IMG/VR virus record: IMGVR_UViG_3300042307_000844
DNA length: 64,000 nt
Source: a virus
Lineage: Duplodnaviria > Caudoviricetes
Strand: one strand, 5' to 3'
The position numbers and the translations under genes are program-made. Position 1 is the first letter of the stretch; every line of letters starts with the position of its first letter. This document shows positions 50,876 to 63,561 of this stretch, piece by piece. The notes under the pieces were generated by a model. It had not been told where the DNA came from. It did not search any database and saw only the letters and a program-made list of their open reading frames with translations.

Positions 50876-53800
50876 ATTTTTATTTAATTTTATAGGACTT
50901 TTTCAAATCTCGCAAATGTTATAAATGTCTTCAATTTCAAAGTGTAGAAGAATCAATTGCCTACGCATCTCCCCAAGTTCCTTTTTCACTTTCTTCATAT
51001 GAATCTTGGATTCAAGAGAGATATTTCCTTTTTCTTTATTGGCAATGTCCTGAATCATCGTTGCCAATTGCTGTTTAATGCTCTCGTATTGGTGCATGAT
51101 CAAATCTTAATCTAGTTTTTAAGTAGTCGGGCGGTGTATTTGTCAATTGCGGGTTTCAAATCGTAAATCAAATCTCTCAAATACAATGCAACTTCACTCT
51201 CCCCCGCTGAATGTCCCCTTTCATATGCCATATAGGACAAAACTGAAACAAATTCTTCGGGAATGCTTTTCAATAGAAGCTCAGATTCCGTGGTTTCCTC
51301 AATCACCAGATCATCGCAAAAATCCATTTCATTTTCAACCTGCTCTTTGGTTGGATATTGGCAAGTGTATTTATACTTTGCGCTTGTGCCGATATAAATT
51401 TTGTTCATGTTTGAAGTATCCTCTAGTTTTCACTCGCCCAAATATGTCCACCCCACAAATCCCAACCTTTGGAATAGCTCATCCTTGAAGATTGTTCGTG
51501 CTTCCTTTTCCGTCAAACGGATTTCCAGAGTATCCCCTTGGCATCCCTTGATTGCAGCGAACAAATCCGCGCTTCTCTCAAACCGATACAGACCTGCTTT
51601 GTGTTTCATGTTTGAAGTATCCTCTAGTTTTTAATAAGACATGATTCGGTAGAAATCATCATTCTTGTCCACCCCAGCACCCGTTTCAGCAAAAGCAATC
51701 GACAATCCTTTTATGAACCAATCGGCTTGCTCTTTCGTCAGACCATAGGCGGAATCCCTACCGTTCATTCTCACAGTGAAATACCCATTTTTGTCCTCTT
51801 TGAGTTCAATGCGGTGTGTCATGGGCTGATTATGGTTTAGTTTTTAAATTCTGATACTCCCGCCCATTCCAGAAGTTGGACATCCCCTGAATTGATATGC
51901 TCTTTCAGGGATTCCAGTTCCGCGATTTCCTCATAACTGATACGTTCCGCTTCAATCTCCCCGCGAAGGTATTCCAATCGTTTTTGAATTTCGTTCATGG
52001 CTTAATTATCGTTTAGTTTTTAAGAGATTTTGGCAACCATCTCCACCCCATTCAAAGGGCGAGCGAAGAAAGCTTCGTTCCTATCGCTATTCCATCCCGT
52101 GTAAGCGAATTTCCTCCCCTCAAACGTGAGAACCTTTTTCACAAGCTTCTTCACATCATCCCATCCTTCGGGACAATCCACTGTCAGGAATTCCCTCCCC
52201 ACATCTTCCCGGATGCTATGTCTCACTGTCACTTCCTTGGGATCAATTGTTGCTTTCATGTCCGTATTGTGGTCTAGTTTTTAACCTCTTGATTTTCCTC
52301 ATTATCCCAAACCATGAAATCAATCCGGTTCAAATCTTTCCTTGGCTTGCGATTCGTGAAACGTTCATTAGAATCAGACAAACGAACAATCGTGAATTTG
52401 TAAAGATTTGAAAGAGGATTTTTCATACCTTTTGCGGGCGGGGCTTGCCAATGGATATAATACATGTTCATGTGCTGATTATGGTCTAGTTTTTAAAAGT
52501 CGTCCCCTTCCCTTGCAAACCCTACTCACCAGCGGGAGGAAGGGGACTATCCGACGAGAATTTATAGGGCGATCTTGGCTTGGAATGCGCCATTGACTCG
52601 CGGTTGGATATACGATCCACTCTTGGAATGCCTCACCTTTGCGTCAGGATGCTCCTGTAGGGCGTTTGTCGCGGCAAAGAACCTTTCCCGCTTGGCTTTC
52701 TCTTCCGCCGCCTTGTTGCGCTCCTGAAAGAGCAATTCAACCCGTTCCGCCTTGCGATGGGCGCGATCCTTTTCCGCGAAGATCATTTTCAGCTTCTCCG
52801 AACGTGTGAACACGTTGCCCCTTGATGCTGCTCGGAAGATCGTTGGTGCTGAGTTCTTGCTTCCCATCCAGTTGCTTTTAAGTGTCGTTGTCATTGTGGT
52901 ATCAGTGTAGGCTAGTTTTTATGCTTCCAGATTCAGGAGAGTCATACGGATTTCAATGGATACCCGCAAATCCCTGTCAATCTCGGAGAATTTCTTAGTG
53001 TAGAAAAACAAATCTTCCATGAAAATCTTGCGATTGTCAGAGGTTGTTTCGTGAAGATTTGCCTGAAGCTTGTCGCGCTCTTCGTAGAGACGGTTGATCT
53101 TATCTTCGTGGTATGCGATGTGTTCTTGCTTGGTCATGGTGTTATTGTGTTCTAGTTTTTATGCGTCTTGAAAGTTCTCCAATGCTCGGCAAAGTTTCCG
53201 CTTGTCGGCATGATCCATTTGCATTTCACTGGCAATGAACATAATATCACCATCCTTTAGGTTTTGGATGAAATCCAGCAGGGCATCCCGCTCATCTTCC
53301 GTTAGCTTGTTGAGTTTGTCTTAGTAGTAGGACATGGCTTTATTATCGTTTAGTTTTTATTTTTTCCAAAGAATTTAGAAAATCTTCCGCCGCCCATTTG
53401 AAATCGAGTGCGAGTGTATTATTTAAAATCGCTTCTCGTAGCCAGAAGGCTAATTTTTCAGCATTGTTCAAAAATTCATCGTCCATGGGTTCAGTATCGT
53501 TTAGTTTTTAATATCCGTTCTCCAATGCCCAATCCTCAATCTGAGAAAGAACCTTATTGGAAATCTTCTCTTCCCCCCCATTATCTTTCTCAAGGAATCC
53601 CATGTCCAGAGCAAGACCAAGGGAAGATGCTCCCCCCGTATTGCTCTCAATGTCACAATATGATCGTTGATCCCCTCCCTCCTCAAAGAGTTCCAAGGTG
53701 ACGGTATATTTTCCAAATGTCTTGGTAATGGTTTCGTTTCTCATGGCTTTATTATCGTTTAGTTTTTAAGCGAAGTTGGTTTCGTATTCCGAATGGATTT

Positions 53801-56800
53801 CCCCGTTTTTGAAAATATAAATATATTTCACTTCCTTGTGGAAACCTTTCTTTTCCGCGAAGCTGTCCCAATAATCACAGTCAATTATATGTTCCTTGAC
53901 CCATGCTTTGGCTTCCTTGATTGTCAGGTGTTCCATGGGAGTTCCGATATGGTATTTCTCCCCATCAATCTCTTCAATACCTACGGTTTCAATTGTCATG
54001 GCGTAATTATGGTTTAGTTTTTATTCAGCAGTCCATCCCGAATCGCTTGCGTGGTTTCCTTGTTCCACCCATACAAACGGGCATCCATGTCCAGATTCAT
54101 CAGGGCATTGGGAATGTTTCCGCTATAGTGCGCGGTTCCCAGAAAGTTCCACACAGCGGTTTCGTTCACCCTTGCGCGATTGGCAAGCTTTTCAATCTCT
54201 TCCCTCGGTATCTTGTTCATGGTCGCAATATTAATTTAGTTTTTAAGATTTCCAGTTCCTTTCGAATCTCTGCGATCTTTACCCGATTTTTAATAAAGTT
54301 ATCCACGATATACATGGGAACTTTACTTTTAATTAAAACCTGAGAGGTTTCATCCATTGACAACATCCCCGCAAGTTTGATTTCCAATCGATCAATCTTT
54401 TCCGATAGTGTTTCTCTTTTGAATATGTTCATATGTGTATTATGGTTTAGTTTTTAAGATTCTATCTCTCTTCATGTTCAAAGGGAGGAGACACGTAAAA
54501 ATTATCATACCAGAGAGAATAATTTTCGTGATAAACGGGACTGAGAGGATTGTTGGACAACCTAAATTCCATGTCGCTTTTTGCAGAGATCATTAAAGCG
54601 CACAAACCACTATCGTTTTTAGACTCCCACGCTCTTATCATGGATTTGATTTTACTTTCCAGAACACAAATCCTTTCGTGTTGTGCGGATGAATATTGTC
54701 CATACCTATTCAATTTCCTTTTCATGATAGGATTGTGTGCTAGTTTTTAAAGGACTTCAATTCCCCGCGCCATCAGATATCCCGTCATAACACCTTGGAT
54801 ATATGATTGCGTTTGCTGGTATGTCCCATAATCATCGGGAACATAATATTCCGATATCATATCACAATAGAAATATCTATCATCACAACGAAAATTGTCA
54901 GTGGAGAATCCCGCACCCCAATTATAATTGAGGAATCGTTCAATCAATTCTTGCCGATATGGTTCCATGTCTTCTTCAAACGCATGGTCGTATTTGATAT
55001 ATATAATTTCTTTTTGCATATCATACATCGTGTGAGAAATCAATTGCAATATCCCATAGAACGTGATCGGAATCATCCAACCATTCCTCATGTCCCAGCG
55101 CATCTGCACAACATTGTGCTGCTTCCGTCCAATTGGAAAAGTCTTGCATATTAATGGCGAACCATTTTTCAATTTGTTTTTCCTCTGTCATGTCGTAATT
55201 GTGTTCTATTTTTTATGCGCCACCGGAGCATCCCCACAATCGTTCTCTTGAACGTAGCAAGCTCCCACATCCTGAAAAACATCCAGAAATTTCTGGATCA
55301 GTTCCACGCTATTCCCCCACATTCCAAGAGAGAAAATGATTCCCCGCTTGCCAAGTTCCCCGTGGCATTCCTCAAAATCTTCCGTGTCCATATGGACAAA
55401 CATTTGCCGTTCGTCAACCCCATCCTTGAAACGGAAGATATAGAAATTCCAGTGAGGATCATATTCAGGCTTTACAAATACATTGGAATTGCTTACAAAT
55501 GTATTTGTAGCTTCTCCTTGAATAGTTCTGATTACATCAAGCACCCTCTTACCAATCTCCCGAACATCAATGTTGTCGGTAACTACATATCCTTTAGTGT
55601 CGCATCCCATGGTTGTATTATGGTTTAGTTTTTAAAAGCAATAATCTTATTCCAAGATTCTCCCACCTTGTGATTCCATTTCCATGCCAACTTATCAACC
55701 CGACGATTCCAGTATTTCCACCTACGGAAATTCCCACGTATCAGGCGATTTTCATTTTTGATTGCTTGGGATAACTTTTCTCTCGTAGTCATGGCTTGTT
55801 AGCGATAAGAGATTCGAGAGCTACCACCTGCTCGTGGACTTCGCATGTTGCCAAATTGTAGTCTGGTTTTGTGCCGTGCTCGTATCCGCCGTTATAGAGG
55901 CAGACGAGCGACATACACTCTCCATTCGCGTGTCGGTTGCAGCGAGATTTCAAATCGCTAACAAGGCGGTGGAGGACAACAGCCTCCCGTTGAGTCTCAG
56001 GTGTATTCATAGATTTTCGGCGGGAGGCTGTGCCTCACCTTGGTCGATATTGGTTTAGTTTTTAAATAGAAATTCCTGCTCATTGTCGATGGATTCCTTA
56101 CACTCTTCCATGTCATCAAACTTGAGAAAACGTTCTTGCGTATCGGAATAATACTCAAACATTCCAGAGGGGAATAGAATAGTGATACCTTTGCCGTTGT
56201 GTTCAATGTAATCAGTCATGGCTTTATTATCGTTTAGTTTTTAAGATCACCGATCAGTCCTTGCGCTTGCCCAGACCTTGACAATCTCTCCACTTTTCAA
56301 CTTAACTTCCACGCTGTTAATGGTTGCCGAATCCTCAATGACTTTCTCAATATCCTTGGAAAATTGATAGGATGGGCAAGATGAATATCCGATTTGCCAT
56401 TGTTCATCCAATTCTTGGCATTCCTCTCGCTCAATTTCCTCCCCATCCCTTGTCCCTTCGGAGATACGCCATTCCGCCACAATATCCATGGGAATGCTAT
56501 AATCACCTTGGCATCGCATGAACAAAGGATAGGCATAACCTCCCCGCACATCACATCCCGTATGGGCATAGCATACCATGATAGCTTCGTCATCGTAAAT
56601 CCAATCCCGCTTCACATTATCAAAATGGGAATATACTTCCCATACATAGTCCTGAGATAAGTCATTCTCATTATTATATGTATTGTCCCTTGCAAGTTGT
56701 GTTAATCCCAACACTTCGGTTGCAAAGGTTTTCCCTGCTTCAAACCATGATAAATCGGAATTCTCTTCCAATGCCGCCCATGCTTCAAATTGCTCTTGGA

Positions 56801-57496
56801 TATCGAAATCCACTTCACAAGTTTCAGCAAGGAAAAGAGCGGTTTCAATGGTTGCGGTAACATCGTTACCATATACATCGATCCTCACCATCGGTTGCTC
56901 TTCGGAGATTGGAGGCTTTTCATAATGCCTTCCGTAGTAGTCTCCACTATCCAACATGGACTTGCCTGTATTGAATCGGAATGCCTTGGCGATTGTCTCT
57001 TGGTTCTTGGTCATGTCGTAATTGTGTTCTAGTTTTTAATGCGTCTTGGTCTTGTCGGATTTGTCGGGCGCGGTTCATCCACATCATTGACATTGCGAAA
57101 GATGTTCCTGTATGCCGCCACAATCACCCCCATGGGCAATCCTGAAACTTCCGCCATCTTTTCCATGCTCACATCTTCCAGAATGTATCGGGCGGAACCA
57201 ATGGCTTGCCAACGATCATCGTCAGTCATGTCCTCATAGGGCTTGATGTTTTCAATGTCCATGTCGTAATTATTGTTTAGTTTTTATGGGAGGAGATAGT
57301 AGCATTCCCCATCCTCATCCCTCCAGTATCCCCCGAACAGACTTTGATCCTTACACCATTCAAAGCGTATCATCATCCCCTTGCATTGCTTTTCCGTTCC
57401 CCGGAAATATTCGGGAAGATCAAGCATGTCCGTTCCCTTGTGCAGATGTTCCAGAGTGTGTTTAACGATCTTCATGATAGGAGTATGCTCTAGTTT

Positions 57497-57982
57497 TTAT
57501 ACCGCTTTAATCTCACCCTTACAGCACATGCAAGTGTATGTTTTACCCTCCATGATCCGATTCACAATCGTTTTGGATACAGTATGTTGACGGCATCCAC
57601 AAGCGAAGAGATATTTCTTGACCTTGCGTGTCCTCTCAATGCCTGTAACATCGTAGCTATGGCATCGTGGCATGGTTTCCCCCGTAAGCACACGGCAAAA
57701 GTGACCCCATTCCCTCCCATGTGGCTTGGAATGGGGATAATGCTTGAACTGTAGGATGTGTGCCATTTCATGGGGGACCGTGCTGGACAAGAATTCGTCC
57801 ATGTGCCTTTCAGCAAGAGCGAGATTGAATCGCATCTTGTGGCTTCTACGGAAAGCCTGTCCAGCGGTAGCACCCTTGAGAGAAAAATCAATCACACACT
57901 TGGGGAATTCGTAACCCTTAATTCGGGCAACTTCCGCAAATTGTTGGATTGTCTGGTGAATTCGGTTCTTGGTATCGGTCAT
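57497..57982 (-). CDS. SprT-like zinc metalloprotease
   Basis: AG.A...RFN...TVPHEMAH...HG.EW...C.C motifs. Confidence 0.88.
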   Translation of the reverse strand: MTDTKNRIHQTIQQFAEVARIKGYEFPKCVIDFSLKGATAGQAFRRSHKMRFNLALAERHMDEFLSSTVPHEMAHILQFKHYPHSKPHGREWGHFCRVLTGETMPRCHSYDVTGIERTRKVKKYLFACGCRQHTVSKTIVNRIMEGKTYTCMCCKGEIKAV

Positions 57983-60947
57983 GGTGGGATTATCTGCTAG
58001 TTTTTATACGCAGAGATAGACTCGCTTGCTTGATCCATCCTCATTGGAGTAGATTGTGATATATGGGAACATGCGAACACCATCCCTAACTTCACTCTTA
58101 TCAAACATCAGATCATATTCCAGATCGGATAAGTCCTTGGGAAGCATATCTTCGTATTCCCATTCCACAGTATATAGATCATAGTCTTTCATAATATTAA
58201 AGGTTCCTGATTACCGTATATCAGGATCGGGCGGGAGCTTCCGCTATGCTTGGCTATGGAAACATATCAATCAATCACTTCTTCAGTGGAGAGAACGTTT
58301 TCCATCTTGATCGTGAAGCATTCAGGCTTTTCCTTTTCCCCCGTCAGTTTCTTGGCTTCCGATGGAGTGAGATATGTGGCAAAGATATCTTTTGATATCT
58401 CATTACCATTGGCAAAATATCGCACAACAGGAATCGAATCAGTTGGATACATGCGAAGATAATAATTGGTATTGCCTTCCTTTTCATATTTGATTAGGTA
58501 GGGAAAGTAGGCCCACTCCCCGAAAGGAAGGGATTGAACTTCCCCACGTTCGCCGGATTCGATCCCAGCCTTGACACTGGAAAGATTGGCGAAATCAAGA
58601 CCAGAACGAATAATTGAAGTGGTGCGTTTTTCCAGAACAACATCCTTGAATGAGGCTGCTGGTTTTGGATTGCTTTTCCATGCCGCTCGCATGAATTGAC
58701 CCTTTCCTTTGAAAAAGTTGGAAAGGATTTCGTTGGCAGTCAATGACTGAATGTTTGTAGTGATGTTCATGTTTGTAGTGTAGTCTAGTTTTTAATAAAA
58801 AATGTATCCCAGCCCAAGACTATCTTGTTGGAGATTTCTGAGAACGTTTTTCAATTCCTTTACACCCGTAGTATCATAGTCCTCTCCCATGTCCTTGGCA
58901 TCAAGAACCATTTCAAAGAAACATTCCCCGATTGCTCCCATGAGATCGTCCTTACTATCGCACGTAATGGCGGTTGTTGTCTTCCCATACATTCCCCGTC
59001 CACTGTAATCTTCGTAAAGGGATAGGTCGTTTCCGTAATCAATAATCATTTCTGCGATGTCTTTGTTCATGTGCGTATTATGTTTTATTTTTTAAATAAT
59101 ATCAATGTGTGATTTTTCGCAATCCACTGTGATCATGGCAGAGAATTGATCGACATTATGATCAATCTCCACAATTCCATCCTTAAAGTCCTCCGCAAAA
59201 AATGTATAGAATTCCCGATTTTCAGCATTCATCAAATCGGAGATATTGTTGTGAGCATCCGCCACATCAGGATAGATATCAACCGGAACATACATTAGAA
59301 CCGGAATCGCGTGGTATTGTTTTGTCATAGTATAAGTATCGTTTAGTTTTTAATCCAGATTCGGAACCCATAGATATGCTATCAATAAAGCAACACCCCA
59401 TAGAAAGTTTCCTGATATCATCAGCCAACACATTGTAATGAAAATAATTCCAGTTATCATAATTAAAATTCCTCCCCTTCTTCGGTGTAGATATCCGCAT
59501 CTTCATCCAGATAATCCATGATACATTCCTCACTTGTGAGATATGCGTATTCGTTCTCCAGAGTATCGCAGAACATCTTGGCGACTTGATCAAATGCCTT
59601 GCGAACAGTTCTCCCATCAAGCAGTTCCTTCCATACGCATTCCACGATGTCCTCGTCAAAGCATACACCCGTGAATCCGCACACACCGGGGAATTCCATG
59701 TCCTTGAAATGTTTGGGACGCGCATAGCCATTGTCGATCAGAACCCGCAGAAACCATGCCAGAGCGCGATTGCCTTCCAAGTCTTTAACGTAATAATTAG
59801 CAACTTTCACCTTCCAATTTTGGCAATAGCTACCAAAGGAATAGTCAACCAATCGCAGATTGCAAGCTTCACAGACTGCTTTCAGGGAATCCAGCATCTC
59901 TTGGGAAGTGAATTCCAAAAGACATTCATCGTTCTCCGCATCCCTGATCTTGTTGGTGATTACCCGTGCTTGCGCTTCGGGAGATAACTCCTTGTAGGAG
60001 TAGAGTTGTGTGGTGATTGTTGTCATGGTTTGATTGTGGTTTAGTTTTTAAAAGCGAATGCTTCAGGATACGAGTTCCATGCGGGATTCTTTTTCCGTAG
60101 GATTTCCAATTCTTCCAATGTCGGCTTGTTGTCCTGCTTTGCAATCCAATCAATGGCATGGTATCGTTCAGCGATTTTCCGTTGGGATTGGTAGAACATT
60201 TGTTGTTGCGTCTGCATGTTCAAATATTAATCTAGTTTTTATTCCTCCAACCCCAAAGCTTTCAACATGTCTTTTTTTGTTTTCAGTTTATTTGCGTATG
60301 ATATATCAACATCACATCTAGTAGCTGTCATATCCTCCCAAACCTGAATTCCCCTTGAACGATTCGTCTTACCTTTGGTAATGAAAATACAATCGTGACA
60401 ATGGGATACCCTATAATTGTTTTGCTCCGCAATTTCAATCACTGCTAGTATCTTTTTAGAGATATTTTTCATATCCAAATCTTAATCTAGTTTTTAAAAG
60501 TGGTCGGGCGTAATGCTATTCCCGTTCCTTCCGTCTCAGCATTTTTCCCGTCCGAGCGGGATTAATCGGAAGCTGTTTTTGACACTCAAGCCTCTACCAG
60601 AGCATGGGAAAATTCTTTCTCCGTGATATCAGCATCCCCATACTTTTCCATCCATTCCATGGCTTCTGATTCGCTTAGGGCGATGATATCAGAAGAACCT
60701 CCCCGCCCGTTGTTTCCAACTGGACATGAATATTTGCTCATGGCATTACCAGAACCATATAGAAAGTAATTCCCCTTCTTGGTTTTGTAAAGCGATTCAG
60801 TGTAATGATTGAAATCCGTTGAATAATAATTATTGGAATAATAATCAATTTCAGTTGCGGTTTCCGTGTTATAGACTTTTCCTTCGATTACTTTTTTCAT
60901 ATGTTTCTTTCTCGTTACGACCAAATCTTAATCTAGTTTTTAAAAGG

Positions 60948-61051
60948 TTGGGGCGGGAGGACTTGAACCTCCATCGCTGACTCGTCTGGCAGACAGTGGA
61001 TATCATGTCTGTTGCGACCACATGCCGACATACCATTAGTCGCACACCCCA
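60948..61051 (-). ncRNA. tRNA-like RNA (104 nt) with an expanded anticodon/variable region
   Basis: Acceptor TGGGGTG/CGCCCCA, D arm CGAC-TAATGGTAT-GTCG, T arm GGAGG-TTCAAGT-CCTCC; 52 nt between the D and T arms. Confidence 0.7.
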
Positions 61052-61404
61052 AATCTATCATCCAGCAGTAAGAACCAGATCACCCCGCTTGATAAGCTTC
61101 TCACGCTCCACGGGATTGACAAGAGCAGATACAAAGCTTCTCTTGTTCTCCATACCCAAGCCGAATTCAGCGGAGTATGCCTTACGTCCAAGGTCTTTGT
61201 TCGATCCACCAGTGCCATTGCCCCTAGTCCAGAATTCCGTCGCACCTTGGGCAAGGTAGAACATGTTCCCGCCGCGATTACCTGCACCATTCCATGCCAG
61301 AGAGACGATTTCCGTCATCTGATTCAGAGAACGGGTGGAAAGCTTCTCATCGCTCTTGGTCTTGTCTTCATGTTGTCAGTGTAGTCTAGTTTTTAAAGAG
61401 CATG

Positions 61405-62037
61405 TTAGTAAGCCCATTTAGCATCCCCAAGGATTTCTGTTGAGTCTTGCCACCAGTCATCCCATTGTTCGTTTGTAGCGACATTCCAATCAGGTATGCG
61501 CTCCACTGCACCTTTCGGAGTAAGACTGATTGGCAACCATTTCAAACGGTTGTTTGGATAGATTGCAATTTGTCCATTTGACAACTTCACAACATTCCCC
61601 TCCTTGTGTTCTTCAAGAAGTTCCACATCGCCAATGTCAATCATCCCAGCAGCTTGTCCTTCTGGAAGGAAATCAATGGTGAACCAGTAATGTCCAGTCA
61701 TGGGGGCGCAACCTTTCCCCATATTCACCAACATAGGGACATCTGCAAGCTGACTTTTCTGCCAAACCTCGATACTACCCGTTAAACACTCCCACATTTG
61801 CACTTTATGAAGCGGAAGATTAACTTGTTCACCATTCGGCTCATAGTGATAGACACATTGAGGGGGAATCTTGTCGAAACAAGCAGCAAATCGATCTACC
61901 CAAACTTGAAAGCAGAACGGACGATTCCGCATTGCTCTGACACTGAGTAACCACGCAGGTTCAAAATCAGTCTCATTACCACCGAATGCATCGGCGCGAA
62001 TATAGACTCTGGCTTTAGGTATATTAACGTTTCTCAT
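61405..62037 (-). CDS. Conserved hypothetical phage protein
   Basis: Long ORF; start at MRNVNIP. Confidence 0.7.
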   Translation of the reverse strand: MRNVNIPKARVYIRADAFGGNETDFEPAWLLSVRAMRNRPFCFQVWVDRFAACFDKIPPQCVYHYEPNGEQVNLPLHKVQMWECLTGSIEVWQKSQLADVPMLVNMGKGCAPMTGHYWFTIDFLPEGQAAGMIDIGDVELLEEHKEGNVVKLSNGQIAIYPNNRLKWLPISLTPKGAVERIPDWNVATNEQWDDWWQDSTEILGDAKWAY

Positions 62038-63561
62038 AATTTTATCCTTCGATGCAATGCTCATCAAATTTCGCAATCGCCTCATCCAGATTGATGGGAA
62101 GGAAAGATGGCTTGCTGCCGTTCTTCATATCCGCAATGGGATTTGCCCATTGATCCGATTCTCTTCCCAAATACCAGTAAGCTTTCTTGTTCCTTGCGAT
62201 GACCCTACCAGAGAATAGATTACCAGTAGGAATCCCATCCGTCTCCACAACGAATCGGGTGTTCTTTTCCTTGTCAATGTCCAGAGGAATGAACATGTAG
62301 TATTGTTTGGTCATGGCGTTATTGTGTTCTAGTTTTTATCCAGCAAATCCAGCACCCATTGAAGGCGGAATTGTGCGGGGAAACGATCAGAAATATATTG
62401 AAGATTGATAAGGATTGATTCTTCCGATTCATATCCATAGGTATCCACTCCCTTTCTATTATCTAAAGGCATCCACCCCCTCATTTGATCATACCAATTC
62501 AGATAGCGAAGTTCAGCAGCAATCTCTCCCCTGTGTGGTTTCAGGATTTCAATAGCTTTGGGGAGTGTCATGTCCTTCAAACCATAAAAATTTGAAAATA
62601 CCCGTCTAAGAATTTCATAGCGATGCTCTCGCTTCCTTTGGATTCTGTTGATTGTTGTTCTCTTCATGGCTCAAGTATCGTCTAGTTTTTAACCCCTTTG
62701 GGTAATCTTACCATCCGCATCCCAAGCTTCCACTCTCCGATAGCTAAGACTTGCCTCAATAGCATCCATCGTTTGTTCCACATAATGGGAAAGCTTGCAG
62801 GTTTCCAGATAGTTCCATCTTTTGGTGAGTTCTTCATCTGTCCACTCCTCAAATTTATCTACGAAATCTTCCATGGGTTGATTATAATTTAGTTTTTATC
62901 CAAACTTCGCGCCACATAATCCTCAATCCCATCGCTTGGATCGTCCACGCATACCAGAGAATTGTTCAGCATTGCCTTGATCTGATTCATGTTCAGGGCT
63001 TGCATATCATCCTCTACTCCCAACCACCCTTCAACATATTCTCGAACTTGTTTGATTGTAAATGTTTTATTCGGCATGAGAACAGTGTGTGCTATTTTTT
63101 AATTCACATATCGTAATAGATAGTGTCGTTCGCATCACCAAACAACCTCTCCATCAAACGGTTCTTCCATAGCCTGTCCGTTTCGTTTCCAACCTCTCTC
63201 ACTACGTTTCCAATGATATCCCTAAACGATGGATACTCTTCGTAATGCCCGATATAATCAGAATAACAACCATCCCAATAGATATCAATTTTCAATCCTT
63301 TTTTAAGTTGTCTTTCCTTAACCGTGAAACCAAGTTCTTCCAATTGTTCTTTTGTCAATGCTTTCATATTATTTTGATTGAGGAATCATCATATTGTGAG
63401 ATACTTCTTTAATATCGCCATCGTGTTCAACATAAAGAGTTGAAGCATCGGGATTACAATCCTGCATAAATAGACATGCTTCGGTTATTTCAACAACTCC
63501 TAGATTCCTATGTGTTGCTTTACCCAACTTAAAATCATTATCAAATTTAATTTCTTTCATA

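Larger units (their letters stand above)
40403..63100 (-). promoter_or_regulatory. Repeated promoter motif (T)AAAAACTAR-NN-NANNNT-N6/N9-ATG; ~75 copies by manual count, plus outliers near 35325, 37738 and 40034
   Basis: Seen on + as CAT...TAGTTTTT(A) before nearly every gene; fixed spacing to a -10-like hexamer with conserved A2 and T6. Confidence 0.9.
40196..63367 (-). other. Array of ~75 short co-oriented genes (many <60 aa and absent from the ORF track), probably an early/host-takeover region
   Basis: Almost every intergenic gap is one ~20-30 nt motif unit; plus-strand ORFs here are antisense shadows. Confidence 0.88.

Noticed and set aside
52502-52547. 11-bp GC-rich hairpin after ORF 52562 as an ncRNA
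   Set aside because: Adequately explained as a terminator or 3' stabiliser; no other distinguishing features.
60501-60555. SRP (4.5S) RNA, suggested by CGGAAGGAA
   Set aside because: It lacks the CAGG/AGCAG asymmetric loops and the long helix.
40403-63100. The recurring TAGTTTTTAA motif as a CRISPR array or integron attC array
   Set aside because: The repeats are short, degenerate and non-palindromic, the spacers are whole ORFs of 100-800 bp, and no cas or integrase gene or attC hairpin is seen.
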